64,000 bases of DNA from Lama guanicoe. Taxonomy: Eukaryota. Positions within the stretch are counted from its first letter, which is position 1. Every line of letters starts with the position of its first letter. The position numbers and the translations under genes were made by a program. Shown here one piece after another: positions 1 to 13,450 of the stretch. The notes beneath the pieces were generated by a model that was given only the letters and a program-made list of their open reading frames with translations, was not told the DNA's origin and made no database searches. The DNA is taken from the NCBI GenBank assembly GCA_013239625.1, contig MU053933.1, positions 932,001-996,000 on the forward strand, in the 5' to 3' direction.

Positions 1-3000
1 GGTCCCCTTGAAGGATCCGTGTTCTGTGCATGGGGTTTCCCGTCAGAGGCCGTGCAGAGGAGGCCCGGAGGACCGATGTGACTTATCTTCCCAAGTCTGG
101 GCCCTTCCTGGGTCTACACACGAGCAGGATCCGGGGTGGCTGAGAGGTCGTGCCTGGATCCAGACAGCGGTCTGTCCTCAGGCCCCCACTTCCATCTGCA
201 GGGCCTCGGGGTAGCTACCGAACCTCTCTGTGCCACGATTTCTCCACTGTCACGTGGGGATAAAGCCGTGCTGCCTGTAAGAATCAAACCAGATGAGGCA
301 CATCGCTGAGCCTCTGCTGGGTGCTGGGAGCTGGGGTCCAGCGTGGATGTGACATTCTTGATGCTGAGGGAGGCCCGCTGAGCAATGGCCCCTCTGGCCT
401 GAGCCAGGCACTGGGCCTGGGCCCCGGGAAGGCCAGAGAGTAAACCGCCGCTGTTTACTATTGCAGGGTGCCCTGGGACGGACAGGAGCCGGCTGGTGGG
501 AAGGGCTGTGGTGCCGGCCACGCAGGGCCTGGTGAATAGGTTTGCCTCCTCAGGGAAGACCGGTTTCGCAGGGAAGGAGCCCTGTGCACAGACTGGGGTG
601 ACCCAGGCTGGGGACGGCCAGGCACCGGCCCCATGCAGCCAGCAGCACCTCCACACGCCTGTCCCCATCACCTGTTCCCTCATCGCCATGTGGGACCTGG
701 CACCTCCCGGCACCAGGCGAAGGAGGAGGGAGTGGGGGCGGGGAAGCCTGCCCCGAGAACCCTGATCTGGAAGCTCTTGCATCTTTTCCTTACCTGGGGG
801 AGTTTGCTGTTTCTTTCCTCGGGTCCCCTGACCTTGGAACCTTCTCCCTTCTCCCATCCATGTGCAGAGAAAGCTTGGGCTCAGCTGGGCTGCCTGGGGT
901 GCTCCTGGACGAGGCATTTGGCATCAGGGAGCTTGAGGGGCCCCTGCCTGGCCGCACGTCCGGGTGTGGGCTTGCTCACCATCCACACGAGGCTGAGTGA
1001 GGCCTTTGTGGGATCCCTGGCCTGGCCTCGGGCTTGGATTTGGTGAGAAGCCTCATCTGGGCAGGAATGACCATCCTGGAATTTGTAAGTCCCGTTGAAA
1101 GGGACCAGCTCTGTTGGTGTAGTTCCCGGGCCCAGCAGCTCCCTGCGGGATGGCCCCTCATCATGTCACCCTGCTGGGACCCACTCGGCCACTCCGATCG
1201 GCCGCGTCTTTGTCCCAGCTTCGCTCTGCAGCTGGAGCCCAGGCTTTGATAGGTGAACAGCCACTGAAGTTCTGCTAAGTTGTTTCTGCTCCAAAACAAT
1301 GAAACCAATGAGAAAAACCTGTAAAGGAGGAGCAGAAAGCGCGCCGGACAGTTGTTACGCCGCCATCAGAGGACGCTTCTGCTGTTCTGACCGTCCCCAG
1401 TGGCTCCTCGTGGCCCCCCAACCTGTGACTGCTCCCCCTCACCCCTGGGGCTCAGCCCTGTGTGCCGGGCCCTCAGCCTGGCCCTGTTGCCACCTGGGAC
1501 CCCGGGTCGTGCAGAGACTCCTCGGAGGCCGGCATGCAGCCCCTGTGGGCCTGTGGGGCCCAGGCCCTCCATGCCCCACCCCGGGACACCCCCGGCGGCT
1601 CAGGACCTCCTCCCTGCGCCACTCGCCCTGTGCCCCGCCCTGCGCCCTCCGAGGACTGCCAGGCCCCTCTGCCAGCGCGCCTGCCTTTTGCGCAGACACA
1701 AGCTGGCTTTTCCAGCTGCCTGCTCTTCTCCAGCGCAGTCCTGTCTTCTGTTTGCCTAAGGGTACAGCTGCCCCGGTTTTGTCCAGTGCAGTCAGTGTGG
1801 CACCTCGAGTCCCCACCCTGGCTCCTGGAATGCTTTCCCCTTCCTGGGATATGTCTTGTCTGGCCACCTGGCAGAGCCCAGTGGAGGTTCCCTTCCCCTC
1901 CACCCCGGCGTGGGGCTCTGCTTTACCCCCAACTCAGAGCATCTTCTCCTGCCAACTGGAAGGGCCTTTGCTCATTAATACAGGGGCACCCTCCCTGGCC
2001 AGGCAGACCCTCTGAGTTCTCAGGGCTGCTCTCCGCTCCTTTTGTCACTGCCAGGAGGACAGAGAGCCCTCATGCGCCCTCCGGGGTCCCAGCAAAGTTG
2101 TTTCTCTTCCTTTAATGTTTGCAACATAAGATCTTTCAGCAGAGACTGAAATGGTAACATAAGCTAATTGCAACCAAGGGAAGATGGAAAAGGGGTCATC
2201 CCACACCCTTTGGGGGTCTCCAGCGTAAGTGGAGGTGAGCAGGGAGTGACGGGGAGGGGGCCCGACCCCCCACTTGCAATGACCATCCGGCTCCAGCTGG
2301 GTCAGCACTGGGCTGTGAAAATGAATGAGTGTCTGAGTTTTCAGTCTTTTCCAACAAGCGTGCCGGCCGCTGGAGCACACCAGCCCGGCTGCCTGAGCTC
2401 TGGGAAGCGTGGCCTCTCCCAGGTCCAGCCTGAGGCCACTGGGAAGGCAGGAGGCTGCTGGCCTCCCTCCTCCTTCCCGCTTGCTGTGGTCTGAAGGCCT
2501 GTCCAAGCGGACACTTTCTGACATCTGGAGGCCCCAGGAGGGGAAGGGCTGGAGGCCCGAACCCCGCTCATGTTGTTGGATACCGACAGGGAGGCCTTGC
2601 AGACGAAGTGCAGGAGGGGCTGGGGCTGCTCGCGGCGGGCGTGTGGAGGGCTGGGGGCCGCAGTGCTGGGACAGACAGCCTCATGGTGCCCGGCTCTGCC
2701 ACTTGGCAGCTGAGACACCCGAGGGGTGTCACCTTCTCCTCGTGAAGTGGGTGCAGTGGTGGTGCCCCCCATGGGGTGAGGCAGATGGCGCTGAGTAACA
2801 TGCAGAAAGGCCCCAGGGCAGAGCTGGCCGCTGGGGAGGCTCAGTAAGCATGTCCTGTCCCCCTGCCTCCCCTCACCCTGGACCTGTCCACTCGAAGGCT
2901 CTGGAAGAAACCATGTCAGTGCCTTAGGGTCCTTGGTTTCACATCTCACTGAGCCCAGTGTGACTCTGAACAAGCAACCACAAAGAGGGGGCGACACCAG

Positions 3001-4152
3001 GGCCCCGAGGCCCCGAGTCCCACTGTCCGAGGCACCTCTTTCTCCAACCTAGCCGAGGTGACACCTTTCGGCAGCAGAGTCACTTCATACCCTGAGCGAG
3101 GGCCCCATGTCCTCACCAGAGCCCTGCGGGCCGAGAGGACGCCTGGCCTCAGGACCGTGCAGAATACAGCTCTGGTCGCCAGGGACGGAAAGCAAAGGGT
3201 CCTGGGAACTGATGTGCTGCTGAAAGATGAAAGGGACGCCAGTGCCGGTGACGGGCCTGGCAGGGCCGGGCAGTGGGCGGCCGGGGCTGGGGGCCAGAAG
3301 CCCTGGGTCACTGCCGGCCGGGTCCTGGGTTTGCCATCTGGGGTGGGAGGCATGTTCCCCGCCCTGGCCTCTCCCATCACAAGCGGCACAAGCTGAACCA
3401 TCTTCATCCTGTCACTGGCCCCACCCCCCGTGGGGACCCAGCAGGTCGCTTTCCTGGGGCGACAAAGGTCTTTGGCAAGAAGGGCTAAGAGGATCCCCTC
3501 GGGTGTCCGCATCAACAAGACAGCAGCAGCCCAGCCCTGGCCCAGGGAAGGATGTCCCCATGCTCCCCCTCCCCCGTCGGCCAGGCAGAGCCTTGGGCTG
3601 CAGCCTGGGGGCTGCTCGCAGCCAGTGCGGGTTCCGGGGGCGGCCCAGTGCGCGAGGGGCTGAGGTGGGGCTGAGGTGGACCTGCAGCATCTTAGCTCAG
3701 CGGGCCATTTCTTTCTACTTTTGTGGTTAAGTGTTTGCATTTCCAGGGTTATGAATCTTTGTGAGAAGAAAGGCTCTGCGATGATGCATGCTTAGAGATC
3801 GCGCTGCGCCAGCATGAAAAGGGCCTGCATCTCTCCCTGCCACCTAGGGTCACAGTCGTGCTGGGGGTCCCTGTGCCAATGCCTTCGCTGCCTTGGGGGT
3901 GGCTCCAAATGTCTTCAACCTCAGAAACACAAATCTTTGCAGTTGACGATGTGGTAATTCGCCTTGGCCCCCCCGCCCGCCTGTCACCCCGTCACCCCCA
4001 CCAGGGACCACATCTCCTCTGTTCCCAAACTCATCATCCAGTGGGAGCGTTTGCCTGCACAGAAACGCGCAGCCGCCTGAAAACTGGGTCTGAATACAGT
4101 TAAGAAGAGCCAAGGCATCTTGTTCAGTTGGCGTTAGATTCCCTGCCTCGCA

Positions 4153-4575
4153 TTTTTTTTTAATTTTTAAAAATTGTAGTAAAATACAAGGAAGATAACA
4201 TTTTACCATCTTAACCATTTCTGAGTGCCCAGCTCAGCAGGATTAACACATTCGCATTGTCGTGTGGCCATCACCACCGTCCGTCTCCAAAGCTTTCTCA
4301 TGGCCCCAGCTGAAACTGTCCCCCCAAACATTCAGTCCCCTTGCCCTCGCCGCCCTGCCCCCCACCCACCGTGTCCTTCCTGCCTCACTGAATTTGCCTG
4401 CTCTAGGCACCTCGTGTAGGTGGACTTACCCAGTGTTTGTATTTTGCGACTGGCTTATTCCACGGAGCATGATGTCCTCCAGGTTTGTCCCTGTTGTGAA
4501 TGCGTCAGAACGTCCTTCCTTTTCAAGGCCGGATAATATTGCATTGTGTGCATAGACCACAATCTGCTGTTGCAT
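4153..4575 (-). mobile_element. L1 (L1MA/MB-like) 3' end fragment
   Basis: T-rich tail, then TTTACCATCTTAACCATTT...ACACATTCGCATTGTCGTG...GACTGGCTTATTCCAC...ATGATGTCCTCCAGGTTTGTCC, typical of antisense L1 3' UTR. Confidence 0.8.
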
Positions 4576-7255
4576 TTACCAGTCATTGGTGGTCATTTAT
4601 CAGTGAATCTGCCCGCTGTCTTTAAAGCTCAATCATATCCACTCTTATCTCGGTTTGCAAAGCGTGCGTAGTTCTGATGCAATGGTGGATTATTGTGTCT
4701 TCTGAAAAACTGTGCTCCGTGGAACTCTCCCCCAGTTTCCCGGGCCTGGTTGTGTTCATCGAGGGCGGCTGTGTGTGGTGTGGTTGCTGAAGGGTGACGT
4801 ACCACGGGTGGGGAGAGGAGTAACCTGTTCAGAGAAGACAGTTGCTTTTCAGACTCACTCGCACAACCCGTTTACCGTCAGCACAGAGTCACGGTGGAGA
4901 GCGCCGTGCCTCGGTGTCTCCGTCTGTGAAGTGAGGGGAAGTGAGTGTGGCTGTGATTAAATTCCAGAATGTGCGTCCCATGCTTAAACGGGCTGACACA
5001 TGGTGAGCATTCCGTAAGGCTGTGTTATTTTTGTTTGTTATGTATCCACGTCATGGACTCAGGGCCGCCATGAAGGAAAGTGGCCACCAGCCCTCTGATC
5101 ACCGCCAAGCTGCAGGCTCCGGGTGAGCAGGCGGTGTCCAGGTGGGGCCGGGCATCCCCGGGGCCAGTTGATTCGTTCTATAAGCAGGACGGTTAGTAGA
5201 GCCTAGTGATTCAGGCTGCATTTACCCTCACGGCTTCTGCCTGGGGGATTTTTTTTGTTTTGCTTTTACAGCCTTACAAATAACAGGAAAAAAGAGGCAG
5301 TGTATTTGATGTGATCATCTAGAGATCCTCCATCGTCTCCCCACCTGCAGCTGACATTTGCAAGAACAGCTAACCCGGAGCATCCTTACTTGTTATGTAA
5401 AGGCTGGCTGTCGCCAGAAGCAGGCGGGTGTGGCTGGTGGCTCTTCTGGAGCCTGTCTGCTGCTCGAGTCATTACCAAAGTGCTTTGGGGAGCAGCCCCC
5501 AAAATGTTTTCGCCCAGTTGTATTATATAAGGTGGGGAAACCTTGATGTGGGCGGTGCTTAAAGGTTCAAAATTAATGGCTATACATACTCTGAAATCTC
5601 TCAATGAAGCTTCTTATGTAAGCCTCAGCTGTCACTATTAATAACAGAAACCCCAGAGCTTAGAACAAACACAAGAAGCCCTGGAACGTGAGTGCAGAGA
5701 CGGCCAGTGACCGCCTGGCTTCAGACGCCCCCCGGGGCTCTCAGGGTGCGCAGTTGTGGTCCAGCCCGTATCTGAGACCCATTTTGCTTGTGGTGCTTTG
5801 AAGGCTGAGCTCCAAAGAGCGGAGATGGGAGACGGCATCTGTGTCCTCCTGGCAGAGCGGCCCGGGCTGCTCCAGGGGGTGAGGGTCGGGACAGGTACTG
5901 CCGGAGGCTGTAAAGGGAGGAGTGGTGGGTTTCCTCCGAGCGTGCTGGGTGGCGCTGAAAAGGTGGATGAGGTGGGTCACAGCCTCGGGAACTGAGAGGA
6001 CACACATGTGCAGGTGACACGAGGGTGATGGTGGAGCAGAGCCCGTGGTGACCAAGTGGGCAGAGGGCAAAGGCAGCCCTTCTCAGAGTCAGAACCAGGC
6101 GCCTGAGGGGTTAAGCCCTGATCATCGTGGCACGATCAAGGACTCCCATGAGTGCACGTGGCGGGTGGGGCTGCGTGCACCGGTGGACACAGCTGATGTT
6201 CTGATCTGCGGAAACGTCCGTCCCCCTCCACCTGCTGCCCCCCACTCCCTGCACCCCCACATTTCACCCAGAATGCAGCCAGGTGCCCAGCCTCACACCT
6301 TACTTTTTCCACCTAGTCTGTGCACAGCCTCTCCCCTCCCAGGCCTTTCCCCAAAGCCCAGGGCCTCTCTAGGGATGGGGCCTGGGTCTCTCGGGTGCGG
6401 TGCTGGAGCAGTGGGGCTGCCGCCTGGGTGCCGGGCGCCCTCTGGGCCTGGGGTTCCTGATTCGGTCTCCTTCCCCCCATGAACCTTCTGCATGTGCTTC
6501 AGAGGGACTGGTCAGGCAGCCCCGAGAGGATGCCCTGGGCCCCTCGAAGCTTCCAGGTCCCTCTGAAGAGCTAGGCTTGGCTTCTGGAAGAAGGAACCAG
6601 GGGTTTCGCCACTTTCAGCCAACGGCTTTGAGCCTCGGGCTTCAAACTAAAAGTAGCGCACCCGGGAGGGATGGTTTGGTTCGGCGCAGAGGCTGCGCGG
6701 GCAACGCTGCCCCGCGTGCTGGGTGACACGGGACAGTGCTGGGCTCAGCGTGGACCTGGAGACACTGCGCCCGCTGCTGTTACATCTCGGGGCTCCAAGG
6801 GCATTGAGCGGTCATACCGATCTCTGGGGGACTTGTAGCAGCCGCAGACGAGGCCCGGGGGCTTTATCCTGGCGGTGGACGCCGGCCTTGGTGTGGGTAA
6901 GAGGAGGGATGGTGGACGGGGTGGCAGGCGTGGGGCAGATGTGGACTCGCTCCAGGCCCCCTCGCCCACAGTCAGAGACATTTCTTTTCTGGCAGGAAAA
7001 CTGCTCAGTTTTGCTAATGAAATTTCAAGCAATAAAAAGGAAAGGAAAAACAGGAGGCATTGGGGAGGAAGGCAGGCCTCCTCCCCCTGCAGATGGAAGC
7101 TTCTCGGCTCCCCGGTCCTCACAGCCAGCTCTGCCCAGCAGCCTTTCTGCCACGTCTGACTTACACACTCTGGGCCACTGTTCACCAGGGCGCCTGTGTG
7201 AAGGCCTGGGTTCCTCTGAGTCCCTCATGGCACCTTGTCCTGCCCCAGCTCATCA

Positions 7256-7695
7256 CTATCTGGGGTTGGATTGTGTCCACCCCCAAAGGCATGTCCACGT
7301 CCCAACCCTTGGTACCTGTGAGCAGGACCGGGTTTGTAAATACAGTCTTCGTAGCTGTGATCAAGGTGAGAAGCGGTCGTGCTGCTAGAGGATGGGCCGT
7401 TATCCCACGTGACTGTGTCCTGTAAGAAGAGGGCCGTTGGCGCCAGCTGAGAGCAGAAGACGTGGAGACAGAGGAGGCCACTAAGGCAGAGGCAGGGCCT
7501 GGGCTGATGCAGCCACAGCCCGGGAACGCAGGGGCCGCTGGCAACCACCAGAAGCTGGAGAGACGCAGGGAAGACCCGCACCTGCCACCCCGGGGAGTGC
7601 AGGCTTCCAGCCTCCGGAACTGTAGGGGGTAAACGTCTGCTGTTTCCAGCGCCGTTTGTGGTACTTTGTTACGGCCGCCTCGGGGCACTCAGACA
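7256..7695 (+). mobile_element. MaLR solo LTR (MLT1B/C-like)
   Basis: GGATTGTGTCCACCCCCAAAGGCATGTCCACGTCC start, CCAGAAGCTGGA core, GCCTCCGGAACTGT...TTTGTGGTACTTTGTTACGGCCGCC end. Confidence 0.8.
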
Positions 7696-8834
7696 GTGGC
7701 CTCCTGTTAACTTAGTTACCTCCTTAAAGAGGCTCCCTCCAAATACCGCCCCCCTAGAAGCCTTGACTTGTCTCTGGAAAGGGCTGAGCCTGCCTGGAGC
7801 CCTCAGACTCCCTTTTCGGATGCTTGCTCACCAGGACGGCGGAGCTCTCTGGCCTGAGCAGGGAGCAGGCCCTTCCCGCCTCCCGGGCCACGCCTCCTCT
7901 CACATGGTTTCTTCTCCGTCTGGTCCTCGTGCCCCAACTGCTGCCACCCCCACCTCCCTCCTGGAACGGGGCGGCGGGATGCGTGTCGGGAGGAGGTTCC
8001 CGGATGCTCCCCGAGGGGCTGTGGCCCCGGGTCCTCCCCGCACCTCCCTCCCTCCGCGGGCGCCCAGGAGCCCTGACCCCAGGGTGGGTGGCGCGGGGCC
8101 ACACTTGAAGCCCTGATGCAGCAGAGCCGAGGCAGATCGGGAGAAGGGGGCGGGGGTTCAGCAGAAGAGCGGGGCGAGGACCCTGCAAGGGGAGAGGCGA
8201 GGGTCGCGGATCAAGAGCTGCCTCTTCCTGGGATTCCATCTCAAGAAGTAAAGCAGATTGGAATCCGAGAGACACCTTCGGAAATGTCCTCACGTGAAGC
8301 AGTCCGCCGAGTCGATCTCCATCTCCGATTCTCCCGGCTCCTGGCTTTTTGCATCTCCAGTCCCCTGTGATCCATTATTTATAGCAGTGGAGCTGGGCCT
8401 CAGACACCAGAGGTGAAAAAAAAAAACCAAGTGACCCAGAAAGATGACAGGAGCGGTGAGGGGGTCAGCCATGACGAATGAGGAGGCCGCCGTAGACGCC
8501 GGCGGGAGGTGGGCCCCGGCATCCCGCGGAGCCTTGAGGCAGCCCAGAGCCTGAGCCGGGCGGGCATTTGCACAGTCTGGGGTGCTGCCTTCTGCCCACC
8601 GAACATCCCGCCTGGGGCAGGAGTCCCCACAGCTGCCAGAGCCCGCACTCCTGAGCCCTCAGTGTCTCCTCTCTTTAACCCGTCCCTCCCCGGCCCCAGC
8701 CCTCCCTGGCCTCATCCTCCTCGGCCCCACTGCACAGTTCGGTCCCAGTCACATGTACACTCCCTTCACACGGCATCAAGGACTTCTGTTCCCTGCAAAA
8801 CGGATCCAGCCTTCTCAGCATGGAGGTCAAGGGT

Positions 8835-9985
8835 CTGTTAGCGGCCGGGGCTGCTGTGACAAATCGCGACAAACAGCATGACCTCAAACAACAGAAAATG
8901 TATTCTGTCGCAGCTCTGAAAACCAGAAGTCCCACATCCGTCTCCCTGGGGTCAGAGCCAAGGAGGCTCCCTTCCTCTAGAGTGTCCGGGGGAGGATCCG
9001 TTCCTGCTCCTTCCAGCGCTGGGGCGCCAGCAGGCCTGGGCTTGTGGCTGCGTCCCTCCAGCCTTCAAGGCCGGCACCTTCCAGTCTCACTCTGCCTTGT
9101 CTTCACATCACTCCCTCCTCCGTGTCTCGTCAGCTCTCCCTCTGCCTCCCTTGTGATCCTGTGACTTCACTTAGGGCCCACCTGGGTAATCCGGGGTGAT
9201 CTCAAGATCCTTAATCTTTTTTTTAGTTGAAGTATAGTCGGCTTACTATGTTGTGTTAATTTCTGGTGTGCAGCATAGTGATTCAGTTATTTATATATAT
9301 ATATATATATATATTCCTTTTCATGTTCTTTGCCATTATAGGCTATTACAAGGTCTTCAGTATAGTTGCCTGTGCTGCACAGTAAGACCTTGTTGTTTAT
9401 TTTATATATGGAAGTTAGTATCTGAGAATCCAAAACTCCCAATTTATCCCTGCACCCTCCTCCTTTCCCCCAGTAACTGTAAGTTTATTCTCTATGTCTG
9501 TGAGTCTGTTTCTGTTTCATAAATGACTCCATTTGTGTTACTATTTTTAGATTCCATGTATGAGTGATATCATGTGATATTTATCTTTCTCTGTCTGACT
9601 TATTTCTCTTAGAATGACAATCTCTAGGTCCATCCATGTTGCTGCAAATGGCATTATTTCATTCTTTTTAATGGCTGAGTAGTATTCCATTGTATAAATA
9701 TACCACAGTTTCTTTATCCAGTCATCTGGTGTTGGACATTTAGGTTGTTCCCATGTCTTGGCTGTCATAAATAGTGCTGCTGTGAACATTGGGGTGCAGG
9801 TGTCTCTTTGGATTAGAGTTTCCTCTGGATGTGTGCCCAGGGGTGGGACTGCTGGGTCAGGAGCCTTAATGTAATCACACCTGCAGAGACATTGCCCCCT
9901 GAGGAGGCCATGCTCCCAAGTGCCCAGGTTAGGGTGTGGGGATCAGCGAGAGATGGAGCACTATTCAGGTACCATGGGGCTGTAG
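8835..9985 (-). mobile_element. MaLR solo LTR (MLT1C-like), split by an L1 insertion
   Basis: GGGCTGCTGTGACAAAT...CAACAGAAAATGTATTCTGTCGCAGCTCTG...TTAGGGCCCACCTGGGTAATCC...TCAAGATCCTTAAT, resuming after 9860 with AATCACACCTGCAGAGAC. Confidence 0.75.
9216..9856 (-). mobile_element. 5'-truncated young L1 (cetartiodactyl-type 3' UTR plus ORF2 C-terminus), containing (TA)n at 9291-9314
   Basis: ORF 9547..9789(-) encodes the L1 ORF2 tail MFTAALFMTAKTWEQPKCP...WYIYTMEYYSAIKKNEIMPFAATWMDLE. TSD-like TCAAGATCCTTAAT (9202-9215) / TCAGGAGCCTTAAT (9857-9870). Confidence 0.92.
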
Positions 9986-12194
9986 CCACTTGGTTATAAA
10001 CATGTTCTGGCCGCAGCTCATGCCACATTCCCTCAGCTGCACAGGCTGCTCTCACGTGGTCGCTGTGCCCTAAACCCAGCAGGACAGTGGGTCTGGAGCG
10101 TGGGTGGGACAGAGTGAGGGGCTCGCCCTTCCCTTCACCTTCGGCTGAGGCCCCTGCTCCTGTGGCCCCCTGACCCCTCGAGGGCAGCCCTCTTTCACAG
10201 AGGTGTCCCGTCTGCCTTTGTTCTCCCGTGTGTTGTGGACACCACCAGCTCCTCGGCTGCCTGCTACACATCATGGGGTCAGGGGGCCCTTAGGTATCTC
10301 TCGACTCCCTGACCAAAGCTTGCTGTGCATTTTGATTGAATTAACTCAGGCCCCATTTGGCAAACGTGCCTCTCAAACCCTTTCACCTGACAGACATTCC
10401 TGGAGGGCGTCCTGTGTGCTGGACCCAAGAGAAAGTGCGTAACGGAGAGAGATGAATCTCGGGGGCCCTGGTGGGCTTCAGATCATCCCACCACCCCTGC
10501 CCCCTAGTCCCTCGGTTGCTTATCCAGCAGCCCTGGAACCAGCATTCTGGGGTTTGCGCCCAGCAGGGCCGTATATGCTGGCTGTGTGATCACGGGCCTG
10601 TTTCCTCACCTGCAGATGGGATGGTACCTGCTGGCGGATGTTCGGATACCAGATACCAGACACCTTTGTCAGTATTTTATGGAGGCTGCCAGTCTCTTCC
10701 CTGTGTCGCAGATGAGGACAGTATGCAGTGAAGAGGGGAAGGGTTTGCCCACAGTCCCAGAGTCCGTGAGAGGCAGAGCCGGGCGTTGAACCAGGAGGCC
10801 TTAGGCTCCCCGGCGCCATGTGCACGTGCCCCTTGCCCAGGGTTGAGGTGGTCATTCCAGCATCTGGGGTTCAGGGCGGAAACGGCGCCTGGAAGCAGGT
10901 GAAGCTGGCATCATCCACACTCTGAGGATGGGCCATCTGAGACCCGGAGATGCCAGGAGACCCACCTGGGGCCCCTCGGTTCCTAGAGAAGGAGCAGAGC
11001 CAGGTCCTGGAGCCCCCGCTCAGAAGCCTTTCCACAGCCGGTCCATCATGACCTTCCAAGCTTTGCAGGGTCGGAGGCTGGTCTTCAGGGGCCTCTCTTG
11101 GTATTTGCCCCAAACTGACCGTCCCACAGTTCCAGGAGGCTCTGCGTGCGCTGCCCTGGGCCGAGTCGGTCATTGCCAGCGGTCCCCGCACCTGCCCTCA
11201 TCGTCTCACGATGGCCTGGCACGCCAAGCCCCCCCCACCCCATCCCTTATGCTGACCGTCACCCTCCGCTGGGCTCACAGCCACCCTCCCTTTTCACTCC
11301 CCTCAGGTGCTGTGTGACCATGGAAGAACTCCTCAACTCTCTCAGCCTTAATATCCACAAAATAGGACTGATGACTCCCACCTTTAGAGCTTGCTTTCAG
11401 CACCAAAGATCACGTGTTTTTCAACAAATAATGGCAAGAAAAGAGAAGGGGACCACCTCTCTCTCTCACACACACACACACACATGCTTGTTTTCAAGTC
11501 AGGATCCCAACAAGACCCACACGTTGCGTTCGCTGCCATCTCCCGCGGTCTCTTTCTGTCCGTATGTCCATCCCCTTTACGTTCCTTGCCGTTTATTTGT
11601 CGAAGAAGACGGATTACTTCTGAGCGTCCGAACACGCCCTCAGGGTAGATGTGAGTCTGAGAAATGAGATTGTTGTCAGTTTCCTTCCTGCATGACGATG
11701 ACACACTGGCTGTCTTAAACCATAAGAAGTAAGATGATGTCTAGAACGAACTTTAAAATAACCCCAGTGGAGGGAGGAGTCGGGCACAGACAGCAGGCTG
11801 GGTCTCGGGCTGACGGCCGGGAGGGAGGGAGGGGCTCCGTCACGCTGTGCCTGTGCTGTTGTCCATGTTTCGGTGTCTCCATCACACAGGCGCTCTTTTT
11901 CTTTCTCGGCGTTTGTATGTAATGTGTCGGACTCATAGGAGTACGTTGCAATTTTGTTATTAGTTTATATTCTTTTCAAACAACATGACCAGAAAAAATA
12001 CCTCTTAAATTGGAAAGAGAAATGAGGCCTAATACAGATTTTTATCTTAGCAAACAAAGAGGCAGTGATTGCCTGCCTGGTGGTTATCTGTGATCTGTCT
12101 GAGTGTGACATTGTTATGTGTTCCAAACACAAGGTGCAAGACGGGATGAACCATGTATTCACATTTATACGTATCATTTATAATTAGAGGTGAG

Positions 12195-12312
12195 TCACAG
12201 ATGAATTAAATGGCTGGATGGCTGGCTGGATGGGTGGGTGGAGGGAGGGAGGGCTGGGTGGAGGGCTGGATGGAGGGCTGGAGGGAGGCAGGGAGGGAGG
12301 GGTGGAGGGATG
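12195..12312. repeat. (TGGA/GGA/GGGA)n low-complexity purine-rich repeat
   Basis: GGCTGGATGGCTGGCTGGATGGGTGGGTGGAGGGAGGGAGGG... read directly. Confidence 0.85.
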
Positions 12313-12759
12313 AGTCTGGCTGTCCTGACGGCTGGTGTGGTGGGCTCCGTCCCACAGCTGGAGCACGGGAACCAGGTGCCAGACTGAGATACTCTGGTTT
12401 GCTCTGAGGGCAGACAAAGCCTTATAAAAGCTTATAGAGGCTAATGTAGAAGCAATAAAAAATGAATCATGGTCTGATAGACAAAGGGAAAGGAACTTGG
12501 ATTGGTTTATTCTCTGCTGGGTGGGGGCAGTCTAAATCGATCCTCATTCCAAGTGTGCAGCCGGAAATACCAGTAGTCTGAGAACAAAGCAGAGACTGTA
12601 TTCACTGTTACGGGGAGCAACAGTGGTGGAGAGGCCAAGAGACCACCGCTGCTTCCCATCCAGATCACCACTGAAAGCCTGATTTCAGCTTTCAGGCACT
12701 GCACGCATCTCTGGGCTTGGAGCGAAGTAGTTTGAGGTTGTATCCAGAGCCACGCTGAC

Positions 12760-12915
12760 CTGGCCAGGCCAGGCTCGCTCTCTTGGCTCAGAGTCCTCAT
12801 TTGTGATTGGGATGATGATAACACCAAACCAGTGAGGTTCTTACAAGGACCCAGGGTCATAGGGTGTAAGGCTCTTGGCTCAGGTTCTGGCCCATGCGTG
12901 GGCTCAACCTTGTTA
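12760..12915 (+). mobile_element. MIR SINE fragment
   Basis: CTCAGAGTCCTCATTTGTGATTGGGATGATGATAACACC...GTGTAAGGCTCTTGGCTCAGGTTCTGGCCCAT resembles the MIR core and 3' part. Confidence 0.6.
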
Positions 12916-12919
12916 GTTG

Positions 12920-13450
12920 GCGGTGGTGGCAGTGGCCATGTTGATGGTGGTGATTGTGGTGATTGTGGTGGTGATGGTGTTGGTGTTCGTGGTGGTGGAT
13001 GTGATGGAAGTGGATCATGGTGGTCATGGTGGAGGTGGCAGGTGGCGGCCGTGTTGATGGTGGTAATGGTGGTGATGGTGTTGGTGTTCATGGAGGTGGA
13101 TGTAGTGGAAGTGGATCATGGTAGTCATGGTGGAGGTGGCGGCGGCCGTGTTGACGGTGGTAATGGTGGTGATGGTGTTGGTGTTCGTGGTGGTGGATGT
13201 GATGGAAGTGGATCATGGTAGTCATGGTGGAGGTGGCGGCGGCCGTGTTGACGGTGGTAATGGTGGTGATGGTGTTGGTGTTCATGGAGGCGGATGTGGT
13301 GGAAGTGGATCATGGTGGTCATGGTGGAGGTGGCGGTGGCTGTGTTGACGGTGGTAATGGTGGTGATTGTGGTGGTGATGGTGTTGGTGTTCATGGAGGT
13401 GGATGTGGTGGAAGTGGATCATGGTGGTCATGGTGGAGGCGGTGGTGGCA
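12920..13450. repeat. Minisatellite of about 97-bp units built on GGT/GAT triplets, about 5 copies
   Basis: Anchor GGATCATGG recurs at 13012, 13113, 13210, 13307 and 13416 (spacings 101, 97, 97, 109). Confidence 0.92.

Noticed and set aside
9547..9789. 80-aa ORF with protein-like composition
   Set aside because: It is the C-terminal remnant of L1 ORF2 in a 5'-truncated element, not a host gene.
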